Positions 27,625-37,923 are shown, counted from the stretch's first letter. The stretch is DNA of 62,256 bases from an uncultured Anaerolineaceae bacterium (GCA_964524425.1 CAZGDA010000002.1:1-62256); one strand, 5' to 3'. Program-made: numbers and translations. The notes: generated by a model not told the origin, from the letters alone.

Positions 27625-28668
27625 TTATTTCGGTTCCGATTTTGCGTCGTAACGCTTCAACCAATCAGCCAAAATCGCTTCCCGATTTGCAGCCGCCCAG
27701 TTGAAATCGTTCTTCGCCAATTGAGCTATGGGATCCGCAGGATATCCTTCAGGAATAGCTACGCTGGTTTTCGCCGCCGTTATAGGGTAGCTTTCGGCAT
27801 ACTTGACCATAATCTCGTCGCTGATCGCCCAATCCAGAAAAGTGCGCGCCGCAGGATTGATCTTTTCCTTTTTCACCAGCGCGTTGGCTTCAATGTCCCA
27901 GCCAGAGCCTTCCGTGGGGAAGACGGGTTCCACAGGCTGTCCTTCTGCTTTCTGTTTAATGGCGCGGTAGTCAAACGAAATACCGATCACCGTTTCCCCG
28001 GCGCCAGCCATCTTGCACGGCTTAGAGCCAGAATGGGTATACACGCCAATATTGTCGTGCAAAGCGTCCAGGTATTTCCAACCGTTCTCTTCGCCTTTCA
28101 TTTGCAAGATAGCCGAGACGGAAAGATACCCAGTGCCGGAAGAATTGGGGTTGGGCATAGAGATGAAACCCTTGTATACCGGATTCACCAGGTCGTCCCA
28201 AGATTTTGGCATGGGCAGACCCTTGGCTTCCAGTTCCACCGTGTTCACACAAAAAGCCGAGAACCACGCGTCGATTCCCACCCAGTGAGGGGGATTATTA
28301 GAATCACGGAAATTGGGGCGGATCTTATCCAGTCCGGCGGGCGCATACGGCTCGAGCATCTTTTGCTGGTCAGCCACCAGCAAGCTGGATGCCGCCAAAC
28401 CCCACACCACGTCAGCCTGCGGGTTATCTTTTTCAGCCAGCAGCTTCGCAGTTACGATACCAGTTGAATCGCGCACGATGTTGACTTTGATGTCAGGGTA
28501 TTTCGCATTGAACACGGGCAGGTACACAGAAATCTGATCATCTTCCAGCGCCGTATAAACGGTAATTTCGCCAGACGTGCCTTTTTCTGCTGCAGCCGGA
28601 GCGCACCCAACCAGTATACTAACCAGCAGGACAACCACAATGGCTATTAATACAATCTTCTTATTCAT
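27625..28668 (-). CDS. phnS: 2-aminoethylphosphonate ABC transporter substrate-binding lipoprotein
   Basis: Signal/lipobox '[12 protein letters not shown]'. '[60 protein letters not shown]' is typical of the PhnS/AfuA family. First gene of the phn operon. Confidence 0.85.
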   Translation of the reverse strand: MNKKIVLIAIVVVLLVSILVGCAPAAAEKGTSGEITVYTALEDDQISVYLPVFNAKYPDIKVNIVRDSTGIVTAKLLAEKDNPQADVVWGLAASSLLVADQQKMLEPYAPAGLDKIRPNFRDSNNPPHWVGIDAWFSAFCVNTVELEAKGLPMPKSWDDLVNPVYKGFISMPNPNSSGTGYLSVSAILQMKGEENGWKYLDALHDNIGVYTHSGSKPCKMAGAGETVIGISFDYRAIKQKAEGQPVEPVFPTEGSGWDIEANALVKKEKINPAARTFLDWAISDEIMVKYAESYPITAAKTSVAIPEGYPADPIAQLAKNDFNWAAANREAILADWLKRYDAKSEPK

Positions 28669-28739
28669 TCCTTAATCCTCCAGAAAATATTTCCTACAAT
28701 TTAGATAGTAAAACAAACCTCTGTAATTGTATAAATGAA

Positions 28740-28907
28740 TTGTTAAGCTGTTTCACAACTCTTGTTAAAAGCTGATTAATAGCCGGTTAATACTGCTCGC
28801 GCTTCGTGTCGTAAACTTACCATTCAATCCCTTGTTATTGTTTTTTTCCATGTTAAACATGTAAATAAAGACCACAATCATAATCTTCCATTAAACATCC
28901 ATTAAAC
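28740..28907. promoter_or_regulatory. Divergent phnS/phoA control region with two pairs of helically phased direct repeats (candidate Pho boxes)
   Basis: CCATTAAAC at 28888-28896 and 28899-28907 (11-bp phase). TTGTTAAGCTG at 28740-28750 and TTGTTAAAAGCTG at 28762-28774 (22-bp phase). Confidence 0.3.
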
Positions 28908-29009
28908 GAAATTTAACCAAACTAAGCCTGTTTGTTAATCTCATCAACATATACTATTCGCCGGAATGAATTGCTTACAATCCAACCAAAATTACTTATG
29001 GAGGAAATT

Positions 29010-30656
29010 ATGAAGACTGTCCATCTACAACATAAACAATCGTTTATATTGATGAGCCTGCTCATCGTCCTGGCTCTCTTAGCCGGGGTATTCTCTGCCA
29101 ACGTATCTACCGTCAGCGCCAATTCGTCCACGTTCTCCGCTGAACCAGCCCGCGCTGGCGCAGATGCTGCTAAAGCAAAATACGTTTTCCTGTTCATTGG
29201 CGATGGCATGGGCGTCGCCCAGCGCAACGCTGCCGAACTCTATCTAGCCGCCTCGCAAAACGCCAAAAGCCGCCCCGAAGAAACCCGCCTGACCATGAAC
29301 ACCTTCCCGGCGCAGGGCATGACGACCACCTACGACCTGTCCTCAATCATCACTGATTCTGCCTCCGCCGGAACCGCCTTGGCAACCGGGAACAAAACCA
29401 TCTCCGGCACGATCAATATGGACCCGGAATTCAAAGTGAAGTACACCACCATCGCCGAAACCGCCAAGAAAAAAGATTGGAAAATTGGCATCGTCTCTTC
29501 CGTTTCTATTGACCACGCCACGCCTGCCTCCTTCTACGCACATCAGAATTCCCGCAAAAACTATTACGACATCGCCGTCGAACTGACCGCCAGCAATTTT
29601 GATTATTTCGCCGGAGGCGGCTTCTTAGAGCCGACCGGTGGGAAAGATAAGGAAGGCAAGGAAAAGAATCTACCCGAAATCATCGAAATTGCCAAGAAAG
29701 CCGGCTACACTTACGTCAACACCCGCGCCGATTTCGATAAATTAGCCGCTGGCGCCGGCAAGACCATCGTGGTCAATCCTGCCCTGCGCGATGAAAAATC
29801 CATGAATTACGCAATGGACATGGGCAAAGACGACATTTCCCTGGCAGAACTCACCAAGAAAGGCATCGAACTGCTCGATAACAAGACCGGTTTCTTTATG
29901 ATGGTAGAAGGCGGAAAAATAGACTGGTCCTGCCACGCTAATGACGCTGCCGCTTCGATCAAAGACACCCTGGCGCTCGATGAAGCCATCGCCGTCGCCG
30001 TTGATTTCTATAAAAAACACCAGAACGAAACCGTCATCATCGTTACCGGTGATCACGAAACGGGCGGTTTGACCATCGGTTTCGCCGGCACTGGTTACTC
30101 CAACTACATCAACAACATCTCTGCCCAAAAAGGCTCTTACGTCGCCTTCAACGAATTGCTGAAGAAATACCAGGAAAGCCACCCTGCTGACAAAGCTAAA
30201 TTTGAAGACGTCATCCCGCTCATCCAGGAAAACTTCGGTCTCTCCATCGTTTCAGCGGATGAATACAAAGCCCTTTCCGAAACCATCGCAAAAGGCAAAG
30301 CCAAGGAAGCCACCGACGCCGATAAAGCCGCCGGTAAAGAAGCCGCCGCAAAAATGCTGATGACAATCAGTCCTGAAGAACGCGCCGTCATCGAAGACGC
30401 CTTCAAAGCTTCCATGATGGACAAAGACACCCGCGCCAAGATTTCTAACGTCAGCCTGCTCTACGGCGGTTACGAACCTTTGACGGTCAAACTCACCACC
30501 ATCCTGAACAACAAAGCTGGCTTGGGTTGGACGTCATACTCTCACACCGGCGTTCCCGTAATGACTTCTGCCATCGGCGACGGCGCTGAATCCTTCAACG
30601 GCTATAACGACAACACCGATATCTATACGAAAATGATGACCATCGCCGGTCTGTAA
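29010..30656 (+). CDS. Alkaline phosphatase (PhoA family), secreted, with a ~130-aa insertion
   Basis: 'FIGDGMGVAQ', active-site 'TDSASAGTALATGNKT', 'GDHETGG' and 'SHTG'. Signal peptide after ATG 29010, with GGAGGA upstream. Confidence 0.88.
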   Translation: MKTVHLQHKQSFILMSLLIVLALLAGVFSANVSTVSANSSTFSAEPARAGADAAKAKYVFLFIGDGMGVAQRNAAELYLAASQNAKSRPEETRLTMNTFPAQGMTTTYDLSSIITDSASAGTALATGNKTISGTINMDPEFKVKYTTIAETAKKKDWKIGIVSSVSIDHATPASFYAHQNSRKNYYDIAVELTASNFDYFAGGGFLEPTGGKDKEGKEKNLPEIIEIAKKAGYTYVNTRADFDKLAAGAGKTIVVNPALRDEKSMNYAMDMGKDDISLAELTKKGIELLDNKTGFFMMVEGGKIDWSCHANDAAASIKDTLALDEAIAVAVDFYKKHQNETVIIVTGDHETGGLTIGFAGTGYSNYINNISAQKGSYVAFNELLKKYQESHPADKAKFEDVIPLIQENFGLSIVSADEYKALSETIAKGKAKEATDADKAAGKEAAAKMLMTISPEERAVIEDAFKASMMDKDTRAKISNVSLLYGGYEPLTVKLTTILNNKAGLGWTSYSHTGVPVMTSAIGDGAESFNGYNDNTDIYTKMMTIAGL

Positions 30657-30774
30657 TTCATTCAATAAAACTCCCATCCTGAATATCCATCTCAGTTCCT
30701 TCCTCTCTCTCATCATAACTTTGATGGGGGAGAGGAACTTAATTACTGAACCTGATAGAAAAAGGAATTTTACA

Positions 30775-31959
30775 ATGAAATCATATCACTCTCTTACCCC
30801 AGGCTCTATCGCCTACGTTGTCATTGTCCTTCTTGCCTGCGTCGCCCTACTGCTTGCACCGGACATGTTTAAAACCCCCTACACGGATAACACCCAGCGC
30901 CCGCTGGCGCGCATCCTCTCGGCTGATAACTCGCGCGTCATCCAATCTGGCTTCATCAAAACCGGCACACAAAACCTGCGCGCCCTCGTCCTCGACGGAC
31001 CCTTTAAAGGACAGGAAATTGACGCCTGGAACCTCTTGCAGGGCAGTTTTGAAATGGATAAAATATTCAGTCCAGGCGACGAAGTAATCCTGGCGCTTAA
31101 TACAGACGAAGATAATAACATCGCCAACGCCCAAGCTTCCGATTTCTATCGTGGCAGCATCGAACTCATTCTCTTTGCTGTTTTTGCCCTGATGCTGATC
31201 CTCTACGCTGGCTGGACTGGAGTCAAGGCGCTGGTATCTTTTGTGTTTGCCATCCTCCTCATTTGGAGAATCCTAATTCCATCCTTCTTATTAGGTTGGG
31301 ACCCCATCCTGGTTTCCCTCGCCATGTTGACCCTGGTAGCCATCGTTACTATGACCCTCATCGTGGGGATGTCAGACACGGCTTTGGTGGCAATTTTGGG
31401 CACTTTTGCCGGCATCGCCCTCACCTGCATCCTGGCTGTTTTCTTGTTCCCCAAATTCCAGTTGAGCGGTGCAGTCTTGCAATGGTCCGAAACGATCTTA
31501 CACTCCGGTTTTTCCGAGTTAAACCTGGATCACCTGTTTATCGCCGCAGTGTTCATCGGTGCTTCCGGTGCAGTGATGGACCTGGCTATTGACGTTTCCG
31601 CCGCCATGCGCGAAGTCATCGGCACAAATCCCAAAATTTCCATGAAGGACTTAATTATTTCCGGTATTACCGTCGGTCGCGCCATGACAGGCACGCTGGT
31701 AACCACCCTCTTAATGGCTTACATCTCAGGAGAGTTGGGATTGATCATGGCGTTCATGGGTCGGGGCATCCAGCCGATCAACATCGTCAACACGAACCAT
31801 CTCGCGGCGGAAATCATGCGCACCATCGTCGGTTGCCTCGGTCTGGTTACGGTTGCTCCCTTCACCGCCATTCTGGGCGGAGTGATCTTCACGCGTTCCT
31901 TTTCTACCCAAAAAGCAACGCACGTTTCTCTCAGCATACCAGAACAGGAGAACGCCTGA
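30775..31959 (+). CDS. YibE/F family membrane protein
   Basis: N-terminal TM, ~110-aa extracytoplasmic domain, then ~7 TM. The overall pattern resembles YibE/F. ATG 30775 has AAGGAA upstream. Confidence 0.65.
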   Translation: MKSYHSLTPGSIAYVVIVLLACVALLLAPDMFKTPYTDNTQRPLARILSADNSRVIQSGFIKTGTQNLRALVLDGPFKGQEIDAWNLLQGSFEMDKIFSPGDEVILALNTDEDNNIANAQASDFYRGSIELILFAVFALMLILYAGWTGVKALVSFVFAILLIWRILIPSFLLGWDPILVSLAMLTLVAIVTMTLIVGMSDTALVAILGTFAGIALTCILAVFLFPKFQLSGAVLQWSETILHSGFSELNLDHLFIAAVFIGASGAVMDLAIDVSAAMREVIGTNPKISMKDLIISGITVGRAMTGTLVTTLLMAYISGELGLIMAFMGRGIQPINIVNTNHLAAEIMRTIVGCLGLVTVAPFTAILGGVIFTRSFSTQKATHVSLSIPEQENA

Positions 31960-32123
31960 ACCAAAATACACTTCTTTCTCCAAAACCTGCTCTCATACAA
32001 AGACACAAATGTAAGCTAGTCCTGTTTGAAATTGTAGTATACTATTCTCCACGAACGTGAGTTTCGCAACCAATCAGACATCCGGTTCATAAACAAGAAG
32101 ACAGGCACAGAAGGACATTACGC

Positions 32124-33221
32124 ATGGCGCAGCAAAAAGCATTGATCGTTGGTGGGTACGGCACTGTCGGCAGCGTCGTCTCACAAATACTGGCAGACAG
32201 CGAGTGCATAACCCCAGTCATTTCTGGGCGCAGCCCAGCCAGGGCAAAAGAGCTGGCAGATAAACTGTCCACACAATGGCGTACACTCGACGTTCAGGAC
32301 GAAAAGAGTATCTCTGCTGCATTGGATGATATTGACGTAGTTGTAAATTGTTTCAGCGGTCCTTTCACCGGCTTTCCACTCCTTCTGCCCGAAACGTCCG
32401 CCCGCCGCGGGATTCATTACCTGGACGTTTCTGGCAGCTTTGAATACGCCGAACGCTTCCTCAAGATATCCGACCTCGCCTCTCAGCACAACGCCACGTT
32501 GATCACCGCCCTCGGCGCGAACCCCGGTATCCCCGCTATCGTGTTAATGAAAGCCACAGACGATTTCGACACCTTAGAATCAGGCAAAATCTGCTTCATC
32601 CTTGGCGCAGGGTTTGAAGGCATTTCTGTGTCCTCGCTCAAAGAGCTAAAACACATGTTAGACGTCAAACCTCTGATTTGGAAGACCTCCCGCTGGGTAG
32701 AACCGCGCACGAGCAGCGCCCAAGAGTTCGTGGGAGAGCCGTTTAATCGCCAGGTTTACATGGGCATCTCCCTCACCCGCGACCTGCTGGAAGTGCCTGC
32801 CTTAACCGGCATAAGCGAACTCTCTTTTTGGTCAGGCAGCCAGTTCACCGGACAAGGACTGGCAATGATCCTGGGCTTGAAATTGGGCTTGACCCACAAC
32901 GACACCACTGCACAGCTATTCCTGCGCCTTCTGAAAAGCATGGGAAACTCCAAAGACGCCACCTCCGATGCCCTCATCAAAGTGCTGCTCACGGGTCTGA
33001 AACAGGGCGTCCGCCAAATGATGACCATAAACCTGTACAGCGCTGAAAATTACGCCACCGCCCTCGCCCCGGCAATCGTCTGCCAGCAGATCGCCGAGGG
33101 AAAAATCACCAGACGCGGTGCCTTCGTTCCCCCCCAAATCGTCCCCGCCGCCGACTTCGTCCAGCGCCTGGAGAAATTCCCTATCCATTATTCTACAACA
33201 GTAGAAGCGATCCCAGCCTAG
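32124..33221 (+). CDS. Saccharopine dehydrogenase-like NAD(P)-binding protein
   Basis: 'KALIVGGYGTVGSVVSQILA' Rossmann motif. 365 aa. Confidence 0.7.
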   Translation: MAQQKALIVGGYGTVGSVVSQILADSECITPVISGRSPARAKELADKLSTQWRTLDVQDEKSISAALDDIDVVVNCFSGPFTGFPLLLPETSARRGIHYLDVSGSFEYAERFLKISDLASQHNATLITALGANPGIPAIVLMKATDDFDTLESGKICFILGAGFEGISVSSLKELKHMLDVKPLIWKTSRWVEPRTSSAQEFVGEPFNRQVYMGISLTRDLLEVPALTGISELSFWSGSQFTGQGLAMILGLKLGLTHNDTTAQLFLRLLKSMGNSKDATSDALIKVLLTGLKQGVRQMMTINLYSAENYATALAPAIVCQQIAEGKITRRGAFVPPQIVPAADFVQRLEKFPIHYSTTVEAIPA

Positions 33222-33273
33222 CATAACCTAGATTGAGTGCTAATACGTATTTATTCCTATCGAGGAGCCATCC

Positions 33274-33663
33274 ATGAAAACGTATCGCAACCCGCCAAAT
33301 GTACACCAGCCCATCGCCGCTTACACCCATCAAATTGAGATCAAGGGAGATGAGCGCATACTAGTGCTTTCCGGACAGGTAGGCAGGACGCAAGCGGGCG
33401 ACGTGCCCGAAGACCCGCTTGAGCAACTCGACCTCGCTTTTGAAAACCTGCTGCGCAACTTGCACGCTGCCGACATGGACGTGCATGACATCCTCAAGCT
33501 TACCTTCTACCTGGTAGGTGATATGGACGCAGCCAGACGGCGCGAGCTGATCGCCGCCCGTCTGGGGGAACATCGCCCGTGCATGACCCTGCTCTTCGTC
33601 GCCGCCCTCGCCAGCCCTATCTACAAGGTCGAACTGGACGCCTGGGCAAGCAATGCCGCTTAG
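33274..33663 (+). CDS. RidA/YjgF/TdcF family (reactive intermediate deaminase-like) protein
   Basis: 129 aa. The pattern 'LVLSGQVG...DILKLTFYL....' is typical of Rid family proteins. Confidence 0.8.
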   Translation: MKTYRNPPNVHQPIAAYTHQIEIKGDERILVLSGQVGRTQAGDVPEDPLEQLDLAFENLLRNLHAADMDVHDILKLTFYLVGDMDAARRRELIAARLGEHRPCMTLLFVAALASPIYKVELDAWASNAA

Positions 33664-34886
33664 TTTTCGTCCAGCGTAAAATAAAAAGTTGCCCCACGGT
33701 TGGGTTGCGCTTCTGCCCAAATCCGCCCGCCGTGCCTGTGGATAATGCGCTGCACAATCGCCAACCCCACTCCCGTGCCCGGAAAATCGGAAGCCTTGTG
33801 CAGCCTTTGGAACGCGCCAAAAAGTTTTGACGCGCCGTCCATGTCAAACCCCACCCCATTATCACGCACAAAGAAAACCGTCTCATCCTGCCGAATCGTC
33901 TGCCCAAACTCAATTTTTGCATCGAAGTTCTTAGAAGTGAACTTGAAGGCATTACCGAGCAAATTTGAGAGCGCCACCTCAAGCAACCGCGCGTCGCCTT
34001 GGGCAACCAATCCTTCTTGGATTCTCCAATCCACTTCTCGCTGCGGTTCACTTTCTTTCATACGAATTACAACAACACGCGCTATGCTGCTCAGATCCAC
34101 CTGCTCTTTGTGTAACTCCATCTGGGTTATTCGCGAGAGATGTAACAGGTCTTCGATGAGCATTCCCATCCGTTGCGCTTCCGCGCGCACTCGCTCTAAA
34201 TATATGCGCCCCTGTTCATCGAATTGATCGCCATAATCTTCCAGAAGAGCCAGACTCCAGCCATCAATGCCGCGCAGGGGCGCACGCAAATCGTGTGAGA
34301 CGGAATACGAAAACGCTTCTAATTCCTTTATTGTCCGCTCTAAATCTTTCGTGCGTTCTGCTATCCTCTGCTCCAGGGCGGCGTTTAACTGCCGGATCGC
34401 CTGCTCGCTGCGCTTTCTATCCGAGTTGTCCCTGGCGATGGCAACACAATATTGCATCTGATCAAAAGACACCGGAGAAAAAACCACTTCCACAGAGCAA
34501 GGCTGTCCATCCTTGCGAAAAAGATACGTATCAACCACGTATCTCCCCGGTAATCTGCAATGATATTGAGAGAAGTATGAATTGATTTCTTCCGCTGTGG
34601 AACACAGTGTCCCAAACGCGCACTCCATCAACTCCTCCCTGGAATATCCCAATTGAAGGCAGGTCGCTTCAGTTACGTCTTTAATCATACCAGAGGGACA
34701 TTCGAGCAAAAAGTAACAATCCGTGCTCTGATCGAGCAAAGCTCGAAATCGCTCCAATTCATCCAGGCGGCGCTGCAACTCAGGATAATAACTCTTTTGA
34801 AATGACTTTTCCCCCAGCCCAATCACCTTGCTGCGCAACGTACGCAGGTTTTCTTCATCAGAGAGCGGCTGCATAGATCTCCTCAA
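33660..34886 (-). CDS. PAS-domain sensor histidine kinase (cytoplasmic, no adjacent response regulator)
   Basis: H-box 'FSYSVSHDLRAPLRGI', N-box 'LLGNAFKFT', 'VRDNGVGFD' and 'GTGVGLAIVQRII'. One PAS-like segment. Confidence 0.85.
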   Translation of the reverse strand: MRRSMQPLSDEENLRTLRSKVIGLGEKSFQKSYYPELQRRLDELERFRALLDQSTDCYFLLECPSGMIKDVTEATCLQLGYSREELMECAFGTLCSTAEEINSYFSQYHCRLPGRYVVDTYLFRKDGQPCSVEVVFSPVSFDQMQYCVAIARDNSDRKRSEQAIRQLNAALEQRIAERTKDLERTIKELEAFSYSVSHDLRAPLRGIDGWSLALLEDYGDQFDEQGRIYLERVRAEAQRMGMLIEDLLHLSRITQMELHKEQVDLSSIARVVVIRMKESEPQREVDWRIQEGLVAQGDARLLEVALSNLLGNAFKFTSKNFDAKIEFGQTIRQDETVFFVRDNGVGFDMDGASKLFGAFQRLHKASDFPGTGVGLAIVQRIIHRHGGRIWAEAQPNRGATFYFTLDEN

Positions 34887-36027
34887 GCTCCGCTTGCGGC
34901 AAAAAGCGCGGGTTAGTCGCCATGCACGGGTCTTTTATCGCTTTACTTGCCAGCTCAGGAATATCTTCAGCCTTCACGCCAATTTGCCCCAGGGTTTTCC
35001 CAATCCCGGCTCTAACCCGCAGGTCAGTCAAACCGTTTACCAACCGCGCTCTTTGCGCTTCGAGAGTGTCCGCAGTCTCTTCCAATCCAAGCGCATCAGA
35101 CATTTGACGATACCTTTGCGGCGCAGCTTCAAAATTTACCGCCACCACGTGCTCTAATAAAAGCGCATTACATTCCCCGTGTGGCAACCCTAAAAAACCG
35201 CCCAGGCTGTGTGCCATTGCGTGCACTGCGCCCAGGCTGGCGTTAGAAAACGCCAACCCCGCATGCAGGCTTGCCAGCATCATCTGACTGCGCGCATACA
35301 AGTCCATGGGGTCCTGAATGGCAGACAACAAATATAGGGGAATCAGGTGCATTGCCTGTAGAGCGTGTAAATCGGTCAAGGGCGAGTTGGCATTCGAGCC
35401 ATACGCCTCAACCGCGTGAGTCAAAGCGTCCATGCCAGTACAGGCTGTCAGATAAGCGTCCATCGTTGTGGTGATGTACGGGTCAATCAACGCCGCGTCG
35501 GGGACGATCTTTTTACTGATAATGGCGATTTTCACTTTGCGAGCCACGTCATTAATGATAGAAAACTGAGAAACGTCAGCCGACGTACCCGCGGTGGAGG
35601 GGATACAGATAATCGGCGGGGTAGGAACATCCACCTCGTCCACTCCTTCATAAACTAATATGTTCTCCTTGTTTGAGCTGACAATTCCAATCCCCTTAGC
35701 GCAATCCATCGGGCTACCCCCGCCAATTGCAATGATCAGATTACAGCGTTCCCGCTCGAAAATCTCTGCCCCCTCCATCACTTCAAAGTCGCGCGGGTTG
35801 GATGACACTCCATCGAAAAGCACCACTCCTACCCCTTCACTTTTTAAGTCGCCAACCAGCGCATCCACCCATCCAGCCTGGATTATCCCAGGGTCAGTTA
35901 CCACAAGCACCCTCCGCGCGCCAAAATTTGCTGCATATTGTCCCGCCAAAAGTCGCGCCCCATTTCCAAAAACGAATTCAGGAGCCACAAACTTACGTAA
36001 TTCCACTTCAGGAGTGTGAGTTTCCAT
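34858..36027 (-). CDS. Iron-containing (group III) alcohol dehydrogenase
   Basis: 'AIGGGSPMDCAKGI' and His-rich metal motifs 'HAVEAY..' and 'AVHAMAHSLGG'. 389 aa. Confidence 0.9.
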   Translation of the reverse strand: METHTPEVELRKFVAPEFVFGNGARLLAGQYAANFGARRVLVVTDPGIIQAGWVDALVGDLKSEGVGVVLFDGVSSNPRDFEVMEGAEIFERERCNLIIAIGGGSPMDCAKGIGIVSSNKENILVYEGVDEVDVPTPPIICIPSTAGTSADVSQFSIINDVARKVKIAIISKKIVPDAALIDPYITTTMDAYLTACTGMDALTHAVEAYGSNANSPLTDLHALQAMHLIPLYLLSAIQDPMDLYARSQMMLASLHAGLAFSNASLGAVHAMAHSLGGFLGLPHGECNALLLEHVVAVNFEAAPQRYRQMSDALGLEETADTLEAQRARLVNGLTDLRVRAGIGKTLGQIGVKAEDIPELASKAIKDPCMATNPRFLPQAELEEIYAAAL

Positions 36028-36251
36028 GGTATTCCTCCCTCCCCAATTGACAGATACTACTTATCCACAAACGTCAATTCAATACCCTATGATTATTATA
36101 CAGCACTTAACACATAAAAAATACTGGCACTTATTTAGAATAATATCCCGCGCATGCCCGGGCTTCTTAAATAAAAAATGCAACTTATTAAAAATAAAAC
36201 CGTATAAATAATTAAGCAGCATCCATTCTCTATGAGAAGGCAGAAATATCC

Positions 36252-36623
36252 ATGAACAATGTTCAATTACAAATCCTCAGCCTGGGGTTGCTTTTACTCT
36301 TGGTTTTCCTTCTTGGCTTCCGCCTGCATCGTCCCGGGAAGCCCTACCCTGTGCTTCTTTTCAACCTGCACAAACTAACCGCTCTGTCGGCGAGCATAAT
36401 CCTTATTGTAATAGTGTACCACGCCCACCAAGCTGCTCCTCTCGGCAACCTGGCGATTACTGTTACGATGATCACAGCCATCTTGTTTGTCGCATCCATA
36501 CTGACAGGGGGTCTAATAACCGCCATAAAATCTCCGCCCGCGCTTATCGCCACGCTGCACCGGCTGCTCCCTTACTTAACCTTGCTTTCCACTGCGCTTA
36601 CGTTGCATTTTTCTCTTGTATAG
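36252..36623 (+). CDS. Hypothetical small membrane protein (4 TM)
   Basis: Hydrophobic 123-aa ORF with no recognised motif. Confidence 0.45.
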   Translation: MNNVQLQILSLGLLLLLVFLLGFRLHRPGKPYPVLLFNLHKLTALSASIILIVIVYHAHQAAPLGNLAITVTMITAILFVASILTGGLITAIKSPPALIATLHRLLPYLTLLSTALTLHFSLV

Positions 36624-36775
36624 CGCGTAAGCTCCACGTCCTTCAAACCCGTCTCGCGTTCAGCGGCTTTCCATAACCTGTTACACAACATCAGGCAGCA
36701 TGTCTCTACCCACCTGGCAGGTTTCCGAAAACCTTACAGATCTGCGCTTCTCGGAATGATTTCATTGCGAGTGAA

Positions 36776-36910
36776 ATGACCTGGAAATCACGCTTATCGA
36801 ACGACCAAATCCGAGCCATGTTGCTTGAACAATTTGACGCGTTTTGGATGCGAGACCCTGGTGTCGAAGTTCGCTCTATTCCTGAATGGCTGCTCCGTCA
36901 GGATATATAA
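36776..36910 (+). pseudogene. Possible N-terminal remnant (44 codons) of an AAA_14/DUF4143-type ATPase
   Basis: My own translation is MTWKSRLSNDQIRAMLLEQFDAFWMRDPGVEVRSIPEWLLRQDI*. It resembles the pre-P-loop N-terminus of COG1373-type ATPases. It is below the ORF-track length cutoff. Confidence 0.3.
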
Positions 36911-36956
36911 ATCAAAGACATTTTTCACACTCTTGATGAACAAACAATTGAAAACA

Positions 36957-37886
36957 TCACAACTCCAATTCCCAGGTCTCTCCCACCAGGTCGTGTCCAA
37001 AGCTGTGATGCGCTTCCTCACCGCGAACTTGAAAACCGGCTTTGGCGTAAATGTGCCGGGCAGCCGTCAAGACGCTGTTCGTCCATAAGGTCATCTTTTG
37101 GTAGCCAGCCTGGCGCGCGAAACGGATACATTCTTCCACCAGGCGCGAGCCAACTCCCAACCCGCGCGCCTTTGGCTCCACCAACAGTAGGCGTAGTTTT
37201 GCCACCGCCTCCGACTTCTTCACTAAAAAAACAGAGCCAACATTCTCGCCATCCTTCTCCGCGATCCAGCAGCGTTCGCGTTTGGGGTCGTATTGCTGGA
37301 CGAACCTGGCAACAATTTCTGCAACCAAAGCTTCGAATTGCTCATCCCAGCCGTATTCTTGCGCATATAAAACTCCATGCCGTTGCACCACCCAGCCCAT
37401 GTCCCCGGCTTGCGGAGGGCGAAGGATGTAAGCTACCTTTTGCTCTGACGGCAAACCAAGAATTTCCTCAACAACCCGCAGCGCTCCCACCAGGCGGTTT
37501 TGCTCCACTACGGGAACCTGATTCAGCATCACCTCAATGTCGGCGTAGGAACGGGCGTTGAGCGTGGCAAATTCACTCTGCCCTTTTTCCGTCAAACGCA
37601 GCAGAGTCTGCCTGCCGTCTGTGGCGCACTTCTCTTTCTCGATCAAGCCCCGTTTTTGGAAGTCGCCCAAGATGCGGCTGAGATATCCAGCATCCAGGTT
37701 TAATTCGTTTGCCAGGCTGGTGGCGGTAATCTGTTCGTGATGAGCCAGTTCGTATATCACACGCGCCTCCGTCAAGGAGAACGGGCTGTGCAAATATTGC
37801 CCCGTTAATACTCCGATTTGGCGTGTGTAGAAACGGTTGAAATGACGCACGGCTTCCACCCGTTGAGAAATGTCTGTCGTATCCAT
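36957..37886 (-). CDS. MarR-family HTH fused to a GNAT N-acetyltransferase
   Basis: The N-terminal 'LTEARVIYELAHHEQITATSLANELNLDAGYLSRILGDFQKRGLIEK' is a MarR wHTH. The C-terminal 'RLLLVEPKARGLGVGSRLVEECIRFARQAGYQKMTLWT' is the GNAT acetyl-CoA motif. Confidence 0.8.
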   Translation of the reverse strand: MDTTDISQRVEAVRHFNRFYTRQIGVLTGQYLHSPFSLTEARVIYELAHHEQITATSLANELNLDAGYLSRILGDFQKRGLIEKEKCATDGRQTLLRLTEKGQSEFATLNARSYADIEVMLNQVPVVEQNRLVGALRVVEEILGLPSEQKVAYILRPPQAGDMGWVVQRHGVLYAQEYGWDEQFEALVAEIVARFVQQYDPKRERCWIAEKDGENVGSVFLVKKSEAVAKLRLLLVEPKARGLGVGSRLVEECIRFARQAGYQKMTLWTNSVLTAARHIYAKAGFQVRGEEAHHSFGHDLVGETWELEL

Positions 37887-37923
37887 CCAGTTCCTCCTTA
37901 GAAATAAGTAACGGATTATATTA

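Noticed and set aside
30357-30385. Hammerhead-like CUGAUGA...GAA string
   Set aside because: It lies inside the phosphatase coding sequence, with no flanking helices I/II/III. It is a chance occurrence of a 7-mer.
36061-36069. Perfect DnaA box TTATCCACA, with a second inverted copy TGTGGATAA at 33737-33745, and dnaN in the window: a possible oriC
   Set aside because: There are only two isolated boxes, one of them inside a coding region. That is close to the chance expectation for 62 kb. dnaA is not adjacent to dnaN here, and there is no box cluster or AT-rich unwinding element next to them.
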